From Nemertoderma westbladi (Eukaryota; Animalia; Xenacoelomorpha), in assembly GCA_032718475.1 (NCBI GenBank), contig JAUCBJ010000511.1, positions 1 through 34,013 of the forward strand: a stretch of DNA of 34,013 bases. Direction: 5' to 3'. Positions within the stretch are counted from its first letter, which is position 1; each line of letters opens with the position of its first letter. Below, piece after piece: positions 22,014 through 33,399 of the stretch. Below the pieces are notes generated by a model that worked only from the letters and a program-made list of their open reading frames with translations, searched no databases and was not told the DNA's origin. A program made the position numbers and the translations under genes.

Positions 22014-22788
22014 ATTAATTTCCACCAAACGACACCCTGAAAATGCCGCTTTTTACCGCTTTATCATAATTAACTAATTAACTGTTTTTATCTAAGCTTC
22101 TCGACGGCCACACGTAAATTCTGAATTGAAAACTTATAAACTTTTGACAAGCAACATGTGTACCTACCTACTTTGGTTACATTTCATTGAGGACTGATCG
22201 AGTTATTAAGGATTAAATATTCGGAGCGACAGGTTGATTATTAAGTAAGAGTATCAGAAAATTATCAAAAAAACTTTTCGAAATTTTTTGTTTATAAAAT
22301 TTAATACTATTTATAGCAAACCTAAAGCAACCAAGTTTTTTTTAATGTTAACTAGTATTTAACTAATATTAAATAGCGAACAATTTTTTTTTTCTGACCT
22401 GTCATGTAGAATAGCATCTTAGGCACCTATATTCAAAATTTTAGCCAAAACTAAACAATTTTGAAACGCTGAGAGTGATAAATCGAAGAGTTATTTGAAA
22501 ATGGTGTACCCCCCCCCCCCCCCCCCCCCCCCTTAAGGCTCGCCCCACAGAAAAGTGTTAAAGAAGGTCGTGTCCCACAAATGCATTACTGAAAGTAATA
22601 TTAGGCCTACCAAACATTTTTTTAGTATTAAATTGGCCTTCCGGTACACATTAACCGTTTGTGGATAGTGATAGGCGGGTGATAGTCTTCCTTCCGGCTG
22701 CGTGTAATATTTAATTTTATCCGAAATGGCGTCTTATAAAATAGTTATAGATCCGACCATCAGATTCATATGAAGTTTATAATAAAAG

Positions 22789-24021
22789 GAGATACCAGGT
22801 CCACTAATCGCGTCGTGAAGGCCTCACGAACGTGTTCTCCGAGATACCAGGTCCACTAATCGCGTCGTGAAGGCCTCACGAACGTGTTCTCCGAGATACC
22901 AGGTCCACTAATCGCGTCGTGAAGGCCTCACGAACGTGTTCTCCGAGATACCAGGTCCACTAATCGCGTCGTGAAGGCCTCACGAACGTGTTCTCCGAGA
23001 TACCAGGTCCACTAATCGCGTCGTGAAGGCCTCACGAACGTGTTCTCCGAGATACCAGGTCCACTAATCGCGTCGTGAAGGCCTCACGAACGTGTTCTCC
23101 GAGATACCAGGTCCACTAATCGCGTCGTGAAGGCCTCACGAACGTGTTCTCCGAGATACCAGGTCCACTAATCGCGTCGTGAAGGCCTCACGAACGTGTT
23201 CTCCGAGATACCAGGTCCACGAATCGCGTCGTGAAGGCCTCACGAACGCATTCTCCGAGATACCAGGTCCACTAATCGCGTCGTGAAGGCCTCACGAACG
23301 TGTTCTCCGAGATACCAGGGCCACTAATCGCGTCGTGAAGGCCTCACGAACGCGTTCTCACAGGTCCACTAATCGCGTCGTGAAGGCCTCACGAACGTGT
23401 TCTCCGAGATACCAGGTCCACTAATCGCGTCGTGAAGGCCTCACGAACGTGTTCTCCGAGATACCAGGTCCACTAATCGCGTCGTGAAGGCCTCACGAAC
23501 GTGTCCTCCGAGATACCAGGGCCACTAATCGCGTCGTGAAGGCCTCACGAACGCGTTCTCCGAGATACCAGGGCCACTAATCGCGTCGTGAAGGCCTCAC
23601 GAACGTGTTCTCCGAGATACCAGGGCCACTAATCGCGTCGTGAAGGACTCACGAACGTGTTCTCCGAGATACCAGGTCCACGAATCGCGTCGTGAAGGCC
23701 TCACGAACGTGTTCTCCGAGATACCAGGTCCACTAATCGCGTCGTGAAGGCCTCACGAACGTGTTCTCCGAGATACCAGGTCCACTAATCGCGTCGTGAA
23801 GGCCTCACGAACGTGTTCTCACAGGTCCACTAATCGCGTCGTGAAGGCCTCACGAACGTGTTCTCCGAGATACCAGGTCCACTAATCGCGTCGTGAAGGC
23901 CTCACGAACGTGTTCTCCGAGATACCAGGTCCACTAATCGCGTCGTGAAGGCCTCACGAACGTGTTCTCCGAGATACCAGGGCCACTAATCGCGTCGTGA
24001 AGGCCTCACGAACGCGTTCTC
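22789..24021. repeat. 52-bp hairpin-containing tandem array (about 24 units, two of them 45-bp deletion variants)
   Basis: Unit gagataccaggtccactaatcgcgtcgtgaaggcctcacgaacgtgttctcc, with near-identical copies and no spacers. Confidence 0.97.
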
Positions 24022-24434
24022 AGATTAATTCATTGACTGCTTCTCTATTACCATGGCCCTTAATGCTTAACGTAGTTACTAACAGTATAGTTAGTCGCTG
24101 TCATATTTAATTGCTTTTAGTTACCGTGTGTTTTGAGATATTACCTGCCGGATTTTAACTTAATTAACTTAACGAAATTAATGTTATTTATACTCAAAGT
24201 GGCATTGCTTTTTATGATTAATCCGAAACCACTGAACCCAATCGATTCCATCTCTTCGGCTTCTTTTTAAGAATCCTCCTTCTTAACCACCAACAAACCG
24301 AGTGTTAACTATCTCACAGTTACCATACGGATAAAGAAGATATACTTTTTACATAATGATGTAAATCGTTTATTAATTAGCCCGAAGTAGGCTACAGTAA
24401 GTTAAATATTTATGAATTTTTAAATAATTTAAAT

Positions 24435-24846
24435 ATTAAATTTAAATTAATTTAATTATTAAATTTAAATTAATTTAATTATTAAATTTAAATTAATTTA
24501 ATTATTAAATTTAAATTAATTTAATTATTAAATTTAAATTAATTTAATTATTAAATTTAAATTAATTTAATTATTAAATTTAAATTAATTTAATTATTAA
24601 ATTTAAATTAATTTAATTATTAAATTTAAATTAATTTAATTATTAAATTTAAATTAATTTAATTATTAAATTTAAATTAATTTAATTATTAAATTTAAAT
24701 TAATTTAATTATTAAATTAAATTTAAATTAATTTAATTATTAAATTTAAATTAATTTAATTATTAAATTTAAATTAATTTAATTATTAAATTTAAATTAA
24801 TTTAATTATTAAATTTAAATTAATTTAATTATTAAATTAATAATTT
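24435..24846. repeat. A/T-only 23-bp minisatellite (about 18 units)
   Basis: Unit attaaatttaaattaatttaatt. No G or C over more than 400 bp. Confidence 0.95.
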
Positions 24847-25140
24847 CATTTGCTTTGTGTGTTTTCACATTTGTTTTTGGTGTGGTGATATTTTTTGTTG
24901 AGTTGGAAAATAAGATCAAAGTGATGAGCACCAAAGCAGGGAATTTAACAAACAATAGAAAATGTTGAGAATTGAGATGTTGGAATATTGTATTTACATC
25001 TAAATTAATATAACATCTGATAAATATATAGTTTATCAATTACAAAATAAGCATATTATTGAATTCATGTTAGTTTATGTTCTTAAGGTTGAATCATTAT
25101 AATAATTACACAATATTTACAGTACAATATGACTGTCACA

Positions 25141-28100
25141 CTAAGTAAAAATAACAGATGGCGCTCCAAATACAATGCAGTTAAAGCGCATCATATCCCG
25201 TCTGATATCGACAGCCTTATCTTCATCAACTTCCTCCAATGCATTACCCTCGGGGTCGACTTCCAGAGCAGGATAATGAATTTGGCGAACTGATTCGCCA
25301 ACGGTAATTCCTGCATCGCACAAACTTTCCAGAAGTTTGGTGATCAACTTGCGATTATCTGACAGGCTGCAGTTCCATTGGTTGATTATAATGGAGGACA
25401 CCCCGCACAACGTAAATAACGCTGCTGTCTCAAGGGGCTTCTGTAGCGCTAACTGTGACGCTGTTTTATTCACGTTATCGCGAGATACGCGGTTGTAACT
25501 AGCGGATGTCTGAGTCTGATCAATAATCGTTAATAAATCCAAATTCGTAAGATTCAGTGAAACAAGTTTACTCGGGTCTAACTGTGCAACTAGTGAATCA
25601 TGTCCATACAAGATGACTGCTTGGCAATCATGACTGAGAACCTCTTGATATTGGCCCAAGGAAAGTGGACTTGGTGGGTTGGAATAGCCAATCCAGCGAG
25701 GAGAGTATTTGTTGTGAAATGCGGGTTGGTTGATGACAGATGACAACACAGTATGCGGGGCATCCTCTATTTGACAAGGGTGACACTCGTTATATGGGTC
25801 CACTACATAGGACAAGGAATGAACATCAACCCCTATATATCCCGGTGGAACTTCTCTGTTCAATGGAGTTGTCTTCACTTGGGGTCGCTTCGAGTCACCA
25901 CTACTTTTACCTCCCTTTCCAACGGACTTCTTTTTCTCCTTCTTTGTTTCAGCTGGAGTTGTTTCAGGACGTTCTTTAATAATTCGCTTGTAGAAGGTCT
26001 GAAGGGAGAAATCACGGGAGACACTTTTTATTTGATCAGATGGAAATATTCCTAAAGACTCTATTGGCAAGGGAAATAGAATTGGGTCTATTAGGAGTAC
26101 AAGATTACTTGGTAATGTCGCAATTGATAGCTTTTCACTTGATGTTGAAGAGATAGATGGGAGTAAATATTTCAAAATGCCATCAAAGGCAGGTTTTAAT
26201 AGGGTTTCTGTCTCATCAACGAGAGCTTTATATCTGCATTGAATCATTTCGATGATGTCGAACTCCTTGTCCGATTCAGAAATATCAGTGGTTTTCTTCA
26301 TATCATCATCACCTTCTTCAATATCGGATTTGATGTGATCATTTAGGTTATTGGTATTAGTAATACTTATTGTGTGTTTGTTTGTTGATGGTGTAACACT
26401 TCCAAGCAATGCAGCACGTTCTACCTGTTGTTGTTTCTTATTAGTTTGCTTGAATAAAGCTATCTTGAGATCTTCCTTTAGCCGCTTACAGTTGCATAGG
26501 AGTGAATTCAGTGAATCACTTACTAGTTCCGTTCGGCATATTTGAGATTTCGACTCAAATACTGTTGACTTTCCTTTTCCTATCACTTTTCCTTTATCAA
26601 GAAACGCACTATAAAGTGTGTTTCCGTCAGGAGACAACTGCAATATCACAAAATTAATGGGCGATTCGAATTCCTTCAAATATTCCAAATGATTACTCCC
26701 TACATCTAGGCGTTTCCAAGCTTCAAATTCCATAGTCAAGACATTCTCTATTGATGCAACAGATGCAGAATGTCGACCTTGTGTCTTTATGAGGAATTTT
26801 CTCTGAGCCAATAAAGATGCAAGTCTGGAGTTACTGGGACTACCTGCTGCTTCTGTAAGTAGCTCCTGCAAATAATTAGAAACTCGACAGCTTTGGTAAA
26901 GCGCAAGGTACTGTGCAGCCATTTGCACATCAAACTGACCAATACATTCCACCATTAACAGAGATGCCTTCTCAATGATATCTGTGAACCCATTAGCATT
27001 TCCAAGCGCAATACTCTGAGAGAGGCACTCAGTAGCCTGCCTTATATATTCCTGATAAATTTTATCATTTTTTCTTGCATCATCAATAGTACTTCTGTAG
27101 TTCACATAACATAAACTGTTGTGATCCAACTCATCAGTTTCAGTAATAATTACATCTTCAACATTCGTTTCCTTGGAAGGTCTTCCTGATGTCTTTATAG
27201 AAATGTCAGACTTTAAATCAATTTTTATTCCAAGTTCAGTAATACTCCATTGTATGTTATCCACAGGGGCATTTTTCATGGACATCAACATTAAACAATT
27301 TGCTTGAGTAACACATGCACTGGCGCGCATCCACTGACTTCCAGCCATTAAGTTGTGAATTTGACGAACCTCAGATACTACTTGCTCAGGAATATTATCC
27401 AGGACATCTTTCCATGTCTTTTGAAATTCAGTCAGTTCAGGAGAAATCCTTGCATAATTTTCTATGAATTCCTCTATAGATCCTGTTCTACCGGGTTTTG
27501 CCTCTTCGATAAGTGGATTTATAGTATCAAATTTGAGGCATTTTAAAAGTAAACTGCAAACTGATAGCTTAAAATTACAAACTACATTTAAAGCAGGTGA
27601 TGTAATTGACTTAGAACCACTTAATGGGAAAAGGCAAAGGTGATTTGAAATAATTTTAGAAACAGTGTTGTTTGCAGATTGTATCGAATCAACTGCCTGT
27701 AAAAAGTATCTATGCTTTTCATTAGCATCTGAAGTGATGTCATGCATTTTGACATGAGCCCTTGAAATGTTTAGTGTTGCAGAAATTGCCAAACCTATCC
27801 ATTGGTTGTCAAAGGCTTTTTTTTGAATGAGTTTTAACTGATTTTCAAACATTTTCATCCTCGACAAACATTCATTCTTTTGTAATCCTGGTGTGAGATT
27901 TATTATTGCAAATTCAATGTCGACATGCTTCAACTCTAAAATAATAAGTATTTTTAAATGCTTATGTAATGTATTTAAACGTTGTTGAGCTATAAGTTTT
28001 ATATTATCAATAGCAGCTGAAAGAATCTGCTTTGCCATCTTTAATTGAATTAATGATTGCTGTTTTTTAGACAAAGTTATTTCAACTCTGAGCAATGTAA

Positions 28101-31100
28101 TGACTTTCCAGTGATCTATATCACCCACATTTGATGCATCCTGCAACCTTTTTTCAGCTTCTGTAAAACTTTTCTCAAGTATACAAACTTTGGCAATTAC
28201 CAATGAAGACTCTGCTACCAATTGATGATCATTGTTATCTCTAGCCACACTTAGTGACTGTAATGCGAGTGTTCTAGCTTCTTGAATGAAGCCCAATTGC
28301 AGCTGAATTTCAGCAATCTCTAGCCAAGTCGATGAATAAGAGACTGAACCCAAGGGGCGACCTGAGTGAATAAGTGAAGTTGCTACAACTGATTGTTTGC
28401 TAGCCAGTGTCATCTTTGATTTCTTACCTTTATTTGTGACAGAACGTGATTTGCGGACCTTATCTTTTGCTCTTTTCTCTTCAGCCTTTACCCTGGCCTG
28501 CGCTTCCTTTTGAAGGTATAAAATATCTTTTGCTGAAGCTATTTCACTTGCATCCACATCTTGAACATCTATAAGGTTAAGATGATAATCCCTACTCACC
28601 TGTATACCAATAGTATCAGCAATTGAAACTGCTAAATATCTTATCATCATTGCGAATCCTGTGGACTTGAGTATGTTGTTTGCAATAAACTCTCCTAGAA
28701 CAATTGGTGGAAAAGCCAACATTTGCAGATTATACTCTGTCAGAAGTGATACTATTTGTTTAATGTAGTGTAGTGTTAAAGTAGGTTTCTTTAAGTTGGT
28801 TTTGCTTAGCCCTACTGTTGATGAGTCATCCTCACAGAATGGCCGTAATTCATCTGGGACATCCCAACAGGACCAGTCCTGCAAAGTTCCAGGCAATGCA
28901 TCCAAGGGACCTTTCTTTTTAGGTTTTCTTGGAGTTTCAACAGTGTCAGGCTTTCCTTTTCCTTTTTTAGATGCTGAACCACCCTTCTTTGTAGTTTTTT
29001 TACTTTTATCTATAGATTCATCGATAATATCGCTTTCCTTCATAAGTTTCAGACTAGATGTTAACCCTACTTGAAGCATTCGAGATGAACATTTGCATGC
29101 TAAATATAAATAGTTAATTGAATCACATGGTTTAACAACAATAGCCAACATCGTATATGTATGTAACAGTATATCAAGTTGTTGTATTGAAATTAATTCG
29201 TCTATATAATTATCTATAATAGACCCTAATTCTGGTTCTGAGATGACAGGTATAAATTCTGATGGATCAATTGCCAATGATCGTGTTGATGATATACTTT
29301 CATTATCTGGAGTCTTTGATTCTGCACTTTTTTTGGAATGGTTTGGTGATTTTTTCCGATCTAATTTTCCACCTGGCGACTTTGAACGAGATTTTTTCCC
29401 ACCAACCTGTTTTTTAGATTTCTCAGGGGTAACATTGCGAACCTTAGTTGATGGACTTTTTTTACGCTTACCAGAAAGCCGACTGCTTCCAGGCTTAATA
29501 TACTGCATATTAGTTACTATAGAAAGAACCCACATTAGGCAGTCATCCACCATAGACAATGGGTACTCATTGGTCCAAAGCCAATCAGCTAGTTCTAAAA
29601 TATATTCAGCTTTCAAATAACTAACTACATTCAATGCTTCAATACTTGATTGCAGGGATGTCAATTGTTCCAGTTCTTTGCTAGATGATAAAGCAACTTT
29701 ATGCCACATCTCTGCAACTATCTGATCATCCTCTTCTCGAAACTTCTGCATATCCATAGTAAAGGTTTCACCAAGTTTTGCCTTCAACATAACGCGATGT
29801 TTGAATAGAATTAATCGCTGTTTCGTACGTGGTAAGTCATCCACAGCATTATTGATTTCAATAAGCGCTTGTTCATACATTCCTTTGTCAATTAAAGATG
29901 TAGCAATTACACCATACATGCCAGCCCTCAATGCTAAATCTTCACTAAAAGGGTCTGTAGGTAATTTATTATCAAATGAGGACTTTTCCCTAGAAATAAG
30001 ACGCAATTCTTTTTCTCTTTCTTCCGCCCTTTTCTCAAACTCATTGTCAACAATATCACTGATTGTATTTACAATATCCAACAATGGTTCTTGCAGTAAC
30101 TCTCTCTCAAATGGGGAATTTAATAGTGGTAAACATGTATTCCAATAGTGTCTAGCAGCATGGATTCCGAGATCATAGTTATAAGTATTATGAGCAAATT
30201 GCACTGCTTCAAAGAAGGCAGTCAAAGCCTCACGTCTTACCTCTATACGACCACCCATTACAAGAACATAGCTTTCCCCCAATAAACAACTTGTGTATGA
30301 CTTCATTTTCTCATCCTGTTTATACTGAAAATCATCAGAGGCCCTGGTAAGTTTGTCAGTTTCCAAAACCTTAGCTGCACATTTCGTAACTAAATTGTGA
30401 TTACCAACTTGATGAGATAATGATGTCATTCTTGTCCATACTTGAATTTGTAATGATACATCTGGTAATTTGCAGGCCTCAAACATACCAATTAACTCAG
30501 ATAAAGTTGGCCCATCACGAAATTCGAACAAACCATTACCATTGAGACTTAACATTTCCAAACCTACAAGAGATTTTATCAAATCACATTTCTCAACTGA
30601 CTGTATATGATCACCACCAGGAATTCCCAAATTTTTCCCAATTGATTGGCTGCCAAGTTGTTTACATTTCACCCATGTCATTAATAACTGGTGCTGATTT
30701 TGAACTGGTAAATATGCATCACCTGAATAAGAATGCGTTTCTTGTATAACAAACTCACATATATCAATCGCCTTTTTAATGGAGTCTACACCTGAAGGAT
30801 CTACAAACAAACCAGATTTTCTACTTTCCACTTTCTTCAAAGTAATGTCCTTGTCTGTCTGTTGTGTATGCACAGGTATCCAGGGTGATATAAGGCCAAT
30901 GGCGAGGCTATTACTGATATCAATAAGTAAATTTATTTCACCACAGTGACCCACTGTCTGTATAGCATGAAATAACTTAGATAAAGTTTCAACTAATTCA
31001 TGATGTCTATTTGCAAAGAATATATGATGATTGTAATTCCATAAGTAGGTAGCAGCACAGCAGACAATCCATCCTTCATTTAAAGCCAATCCTATTTCAA

Positions 31101-33399
31101 CAGCTCGCAAAAATGAACTTGTGATTTCTGCTGACACATCATTTATCCAAGCAATGTACTCTAGCCAATCACGATCTTCCTGTGGGTCACTGGGTACATA
31201 CCCTTTGGGATGTTTCCTCTTATCTTCTGGATATGCAGGCAAATCATTTAATGACACACCAATTTTATTGGTGAGTAGATTGACTAATGCCTCACCTTGA
31301 ATAAATAAAACTTCAGCCAATAACCGTATAATATCACAGTCATCTAATGGGGTTGTCTTTTTAGTGGTAACTAAAGGTGGCTTCCATTCTTCATCTTCAG
31401 AATTTTCATCTTCCATGACAGGTCGATCATCATGGTCATCATCGCCATTATCGACAACATTTGGTGGAGATATAACTTTCTTTGTTACCACTGGTTGTTG
31501 AGTCTGTATGTCAAATCGGCCATCATCATACAGCAGACAGAACTGCGTTGCAGAGCGACACACATCCCATATCTCCAATTTGCGTGCTGCTTTAGCTAAG
31601 TCACCCCAAAGCCACACCCTCCTTCTATCATCCTCATTCCCTAATCGCTTTAAATGGCCTTCTGTTTTGGCAACCATAGTCTTATAATGCCGAGCAATGT
31701 TTCCAAGGTGGAATGTCAATATGTTCCCCTGATTGAGTTTAGAAACCGCAGGTTCTGCCTCAGAATTGAGGACGAGTTGAAAGGCATCAGGTGATAAGGC
31801 CAAACCTGCCTTGATTAGAAGACCACGACGCATTTTTTGGTGACCAGATTCACTAGATCGTGTCTGTTCAATAATCTGACTTGCTTGGTCTAATGGATCA
31901 TCTGGCTTATCATATAATGTAGAGCGCATTGTCAACCTTGAAAGTTGAATATCCAATCGACTAGTATACATACCAGTGTCATCCAAATCCATAGCCTTTT
32001 GTACATGATCTTTGGCTGATGGAATTTGTTCCAAAGATTCCTCTATCTTAGCAATTTCTGTATGTAAAGTGCAACGAAAGGAAGTCATCAATGATTGAAT
32101 TTCCTCCAAAGCCTCAGCTGTAAGTTGAAGGGTTTTCCTTACTTTAGATCTCAAATTAGTTTGGAGTAAGGGAAGTGTAATATTCCATATGGCAACACTA
32201 ACTGCCTGTACCAAGTTTAAATCCGGAAGACGCTTTGCATTCATCAGACAATGCTCTAACCGTTCTAAGGCAGAAAGTCGCAACTTTACCACAGATAACA
32301 AACATGAATCTTCCTTGTTTTTTAATGATCTTATATTTGTTTCGATTTGTAAAACTTCTGCTGATATTTCCAAAGATCTATTCTCTCTCACTGCTGGGCA
32401 TTTCATTAATTCCATGTGACAGGAAACTGCAATTTCGCATAAACCTTCATCCAATGCCATATGAGCCACTTCTAATAACAAATCAGGACGCAATTCCCAG
32501 GGTATTTGCAAGGATATTGGTTTGTCGATAGAAATAGCACCAAACTGACTGAAATGACTGTTCTCTGCAGTTGGGTAAATGTCTTCAGATGATATTTGAT
32601 TTAAAATTATTCCCAAGTAAGTAAATAAACTAAACTTAACTTTAGCAGATTTTATTAGGTCTTTTAAATGTATAATCTTGTACAGAACTATTAAATGATC
32701 TGACGAATTGCAGAGTTTGACCATAACTTTTGATGTAACGAGGTTGTTTACAACGATTAACCGAAACACCTCTACCTCTAAATGTGGTACATGCTCTTTA
32801 CAAAATTCCAAGCATTTCACTGATACATCATGGGCTTTGGCAATATTGTTCGCATCTACAAAGCATTTAATCAATGCAATAGAAAGAGTTGCCCGCCACT
32901 CATAGTCTTCATGTTCAATTTCGTCCAACACAGAACTGATGCTAGCCAAACTGTTCGCAATGTACTTTAGGTGACCCTCCTTCTGGAAGATGCGGCAAAA
33001 AGACCAGAACATCACAGAACAATTGTAGACAATGAAGTGGTACCGAGGATTGTTCTTGGCTATTTGAGTTGCACGTAGGAGATAAACAACAGCGGAATCA
33101 AGTTGGTCTGGATTCGACGTACTTGGTGCTAACAGTCTAGCTTTACAAATATAAGCTCGGCAATGGAACTGGTTGGGAATCGGGGTATCGCGGAAGTACA
33201 TATTCAGAGCTTTAGTAGCACCCTCTTGGTCTCCCAAATCTAGGGCAGACTCGGCGTACTGGACTAACAGATCTCCTGATACATTCGGAACCGCACTGTT
33301 GTCAACTATTTGTTGTAATATGCCAAATGCTGACGTTAAATCTGCCAGACAGTTGTTTTGGCGGGCAGATACAATAAGTCTCCGCACAGCTGTATCCAT
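25141..33399 (-). CDS. CFAP46: Cilia- and flagella-associated protein 46 (TTC40), 2752 aa, single coding exon
   Basis: N-terminus DLLVQYAESAL...MYFRDTPIPNQFHCRAYIC...AKNNPRYHFIVYNCSVMFW...EDYEWRATL; internal LLIKAGLALSPDAFQLVL, WGDLAKAARK..WDVCR, AARHYWNTCLPLL and SVSRDFSLQ; C-terminal GVSSIIINQW...FNCIVFGAP. All match CFAP46 as recalled. The first ATG is at 33399 (the ORF track start at 33420 is a TTG). Confidence 0.92.
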   Translation of the reverse strand: MDTAVRRLIVSARQNNCLADLTSAFGILQQIVDNSAVPNVSGDLLVQYAESALDLGDQEGATKALNMYFRDTPIPNQFHCRAYICKARLLAPSTSNPDQLDSAVVYLLRATQIAKNNPRYHFIVYNCSVMFWSFCRIFQKEGHLKYIANSLASISSVLDEIEHEDYEWRATLSIALIKCFVDANNIAKAHDVSVKCLEFCKEHVPHLEVEVFRLIVVNNLVTSKVMVKLCNSSDHLIVLYKIIHLKDLIKSAKVKFSLFTYLGIILNQISSEDIYPTAENSHFSQFGAISIDKPISLQIPWELRPDLLLEVAHMALDEGLCEIAVSCHMELMKCPAVRENRSLEISAEVLQIETNIRSLKNKEDSCLLSVVKLRLSALERLEHCLMNAKRLPDLNLVQAVSVAIWNITLPLLQTNLRSKVRKTLQLTAEALEEIQSLMTSFRCTLHTEIAKIEESLEQIPSAKDHVQKAMDLDDTGMYTSRLDIQLSRLTMRSTLYDKPDDPLDQASQIIEQTRSSESGHQKMRRGLLIKAGLALSPDAFQLVLNSEAEPAVSKLNQGNILTFHLGNIARHYKTMVAKTEGHLKRLGNEDDRRRVWLWGDLAKAARKLEIWDVCRSATQFCLLYDDGRFDIQTQQPVVTKKVISPPNVVDNGDDDHDDRPVMEDENSEDEEWKPPLVTTKKTTPLDDCDIIRLLAEVLFIQGEALVNLLTNKIGVSLNDLPAYPEDKRKHPKGYVPSDPQEDRDWLEYIAWINDVSAEITSSFLRAVEIGLALNEGWIVCCAATYLWNYNHHIFFANRHHELVETLSKLFHAIQTVGHCGEINLLIDISNSLAIGLISPWIPVHTQQTDKDITLKKVESRKSGLFVDPSGVDSIKKAIDICEFVIQETHSYSGDAYLPVQNQHQLLMTWVKCKQLGSQSIGKNLGIPGGDHIQSVEKCDLIKSLVGLEMLSLNGNGLFEFRDGPTLSELIGMFEACKLPDVSLQIQVWTRMTSLSHQVGNHNLVTKCAAKVLETDKLTRASDDFQYKQDEKMKSYTSCLLGESYVLVMGGRIEVRREALTAFFEAVQFAHNTYNYDLGIHAARHYWNTCLPLLNSPFERELLQEPLLDIVNTISDIVDNEFEKRAEEREKELRLISREKSSFDNKLPTDPFSEDLALRAGMYGVIATSLIDKGMYEQALIEINNAVDDLPRTKQRLILFKHRVMLKAKLGETFTMDMQKFREEDDQIVAEMWHKVALSSSKELEQLTSLQSSIEALNVVSYLKAEYILELADWLWTNEYPLSMVDDCLMWVLSIVTNMQYIKPGSSRLSGKRKKSPSTKVRNVTPEKSKKQVGGKKSRSKSPGGKLDRKKSPNHSKKSAESKTPDNESISSTRSLAIDPSEFIPVISEPELGSIIDNYIDELISIQQLDILLHTYTMLAIVVKPCDSINYLYLACKCSSRMLQVGLTSSLKLMKESDIIDESIDKSKKTTKKGGSASKKGKGKPDTVETPRKPKKKGPLDALPGTLQDWSCWDVPDELRPFCEDDSSTVGLSKTNLKKPTLTLHYIKQIVSLLTEYNLQMLAFPPIVLGEFIANNILKSTGFAMMIRYLAVSIADTIGIQVSRDYHLNLIDVQDVDASEIASAKDILYLQKEAQARVKAEEKRAKDKVRKSRSVTNKGKKSKMTLASKQSVVATSLIHSGRPLGSVSYSSTWLEIAEIQLQLGFIQEARTLALQSLSVARDNNDHQLVAESSLVIAKVCILEKSFTEAEKRLQDASNVGDIDHWKVITLLRVEITLSKKQQSLIQLKMAKQILSAAIDNIKLIAQQRLNTLHKHLKILIILELKHVDIEFAIINLTPGLQKNECLSRMKMFENQLKLIQKKAFDNQWIGLAISATLNISRAHVKMHDITSDANEKHRYFLQAVDSIQSANNTVSKIISNHLCLFPLSGSKSITSPALNVVCNFKLSVCSLLLKCLKFDTINPLIEEAKPGRTGSIEEFIENYARISPELTEFQKTWKDVLDNIPEQVVSEVRQIHNLMAGSQWMRASACVTQANCLMLMSMKNAPVDNIQWSITELGIKIDLKSDISIKTSGRPSKETNVEDVIITETDELDHNSLCYVNYRSTIDDARKNDKIYQEYIRQATECLSQSIALGNANGFTDIIEKASLLMVECIGQFDVQMAAQYLALYQSCRVSNYLQELLTEAAGSPSNSRLASLLAQRKFLIKTQGRHSASVASIENVLTMEFEAWKRLDVGSNHLEYLKEFESPINFVILQLSPDGNTLYSAFLDKGKVIGKGKSTVFESKSQICRTELVSDSLNSLLCNCKRLKEDLKIALFKQTNKKQQQVERAALLGSVTPSTNKHTISITNTNNLNDHIKSDIEEGDDDMKKTTDISESDKEFDIIEMIQCRYKALVDETETLLKPAFDGILKYLLPSISSTSSEKLSIATLPSNLVLLIDPILFPLPIESLGIFPSDQIKSVSRDFSLQTFYKRIIKERPETTPAETKKEKKKSVGKGGKSSGDSKRPQVKTTPLNREVPPGYIGVDVHSLSYVVDPYNECHPCQIEDAPHTVLSSVINQPAFHNKYSPRWIGYSNPPSPLSLGQYQEVLSHDCQAVILYGHDSLVAQLDPSKLVSLNLTNLDLLTIIDQTQTSASYNRVSRDNVNKTASQLALQKPLETAALFTLCGVSSIIINQWNCSLSDNRKLITKLLESLCDAGITVGESVRQIHYPALEVDPEGNALEEVDEDKAVDIRRDMMRFNCIVFGAPSVIFT

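Noticed and set aside
22789-24021. CRISPR array (palindromic repeat)
   Set aside because: Units are contiguous with no unique spacers, there are no cas genes and the context is eukaryotic.
5042-33399. A functional multi-gene system linking the retroelements with CMSS1/CFAP46
   Set aside because: The adapter junction at 11133-11185 makes the adjacency artificial, and each component belongs to a known family.
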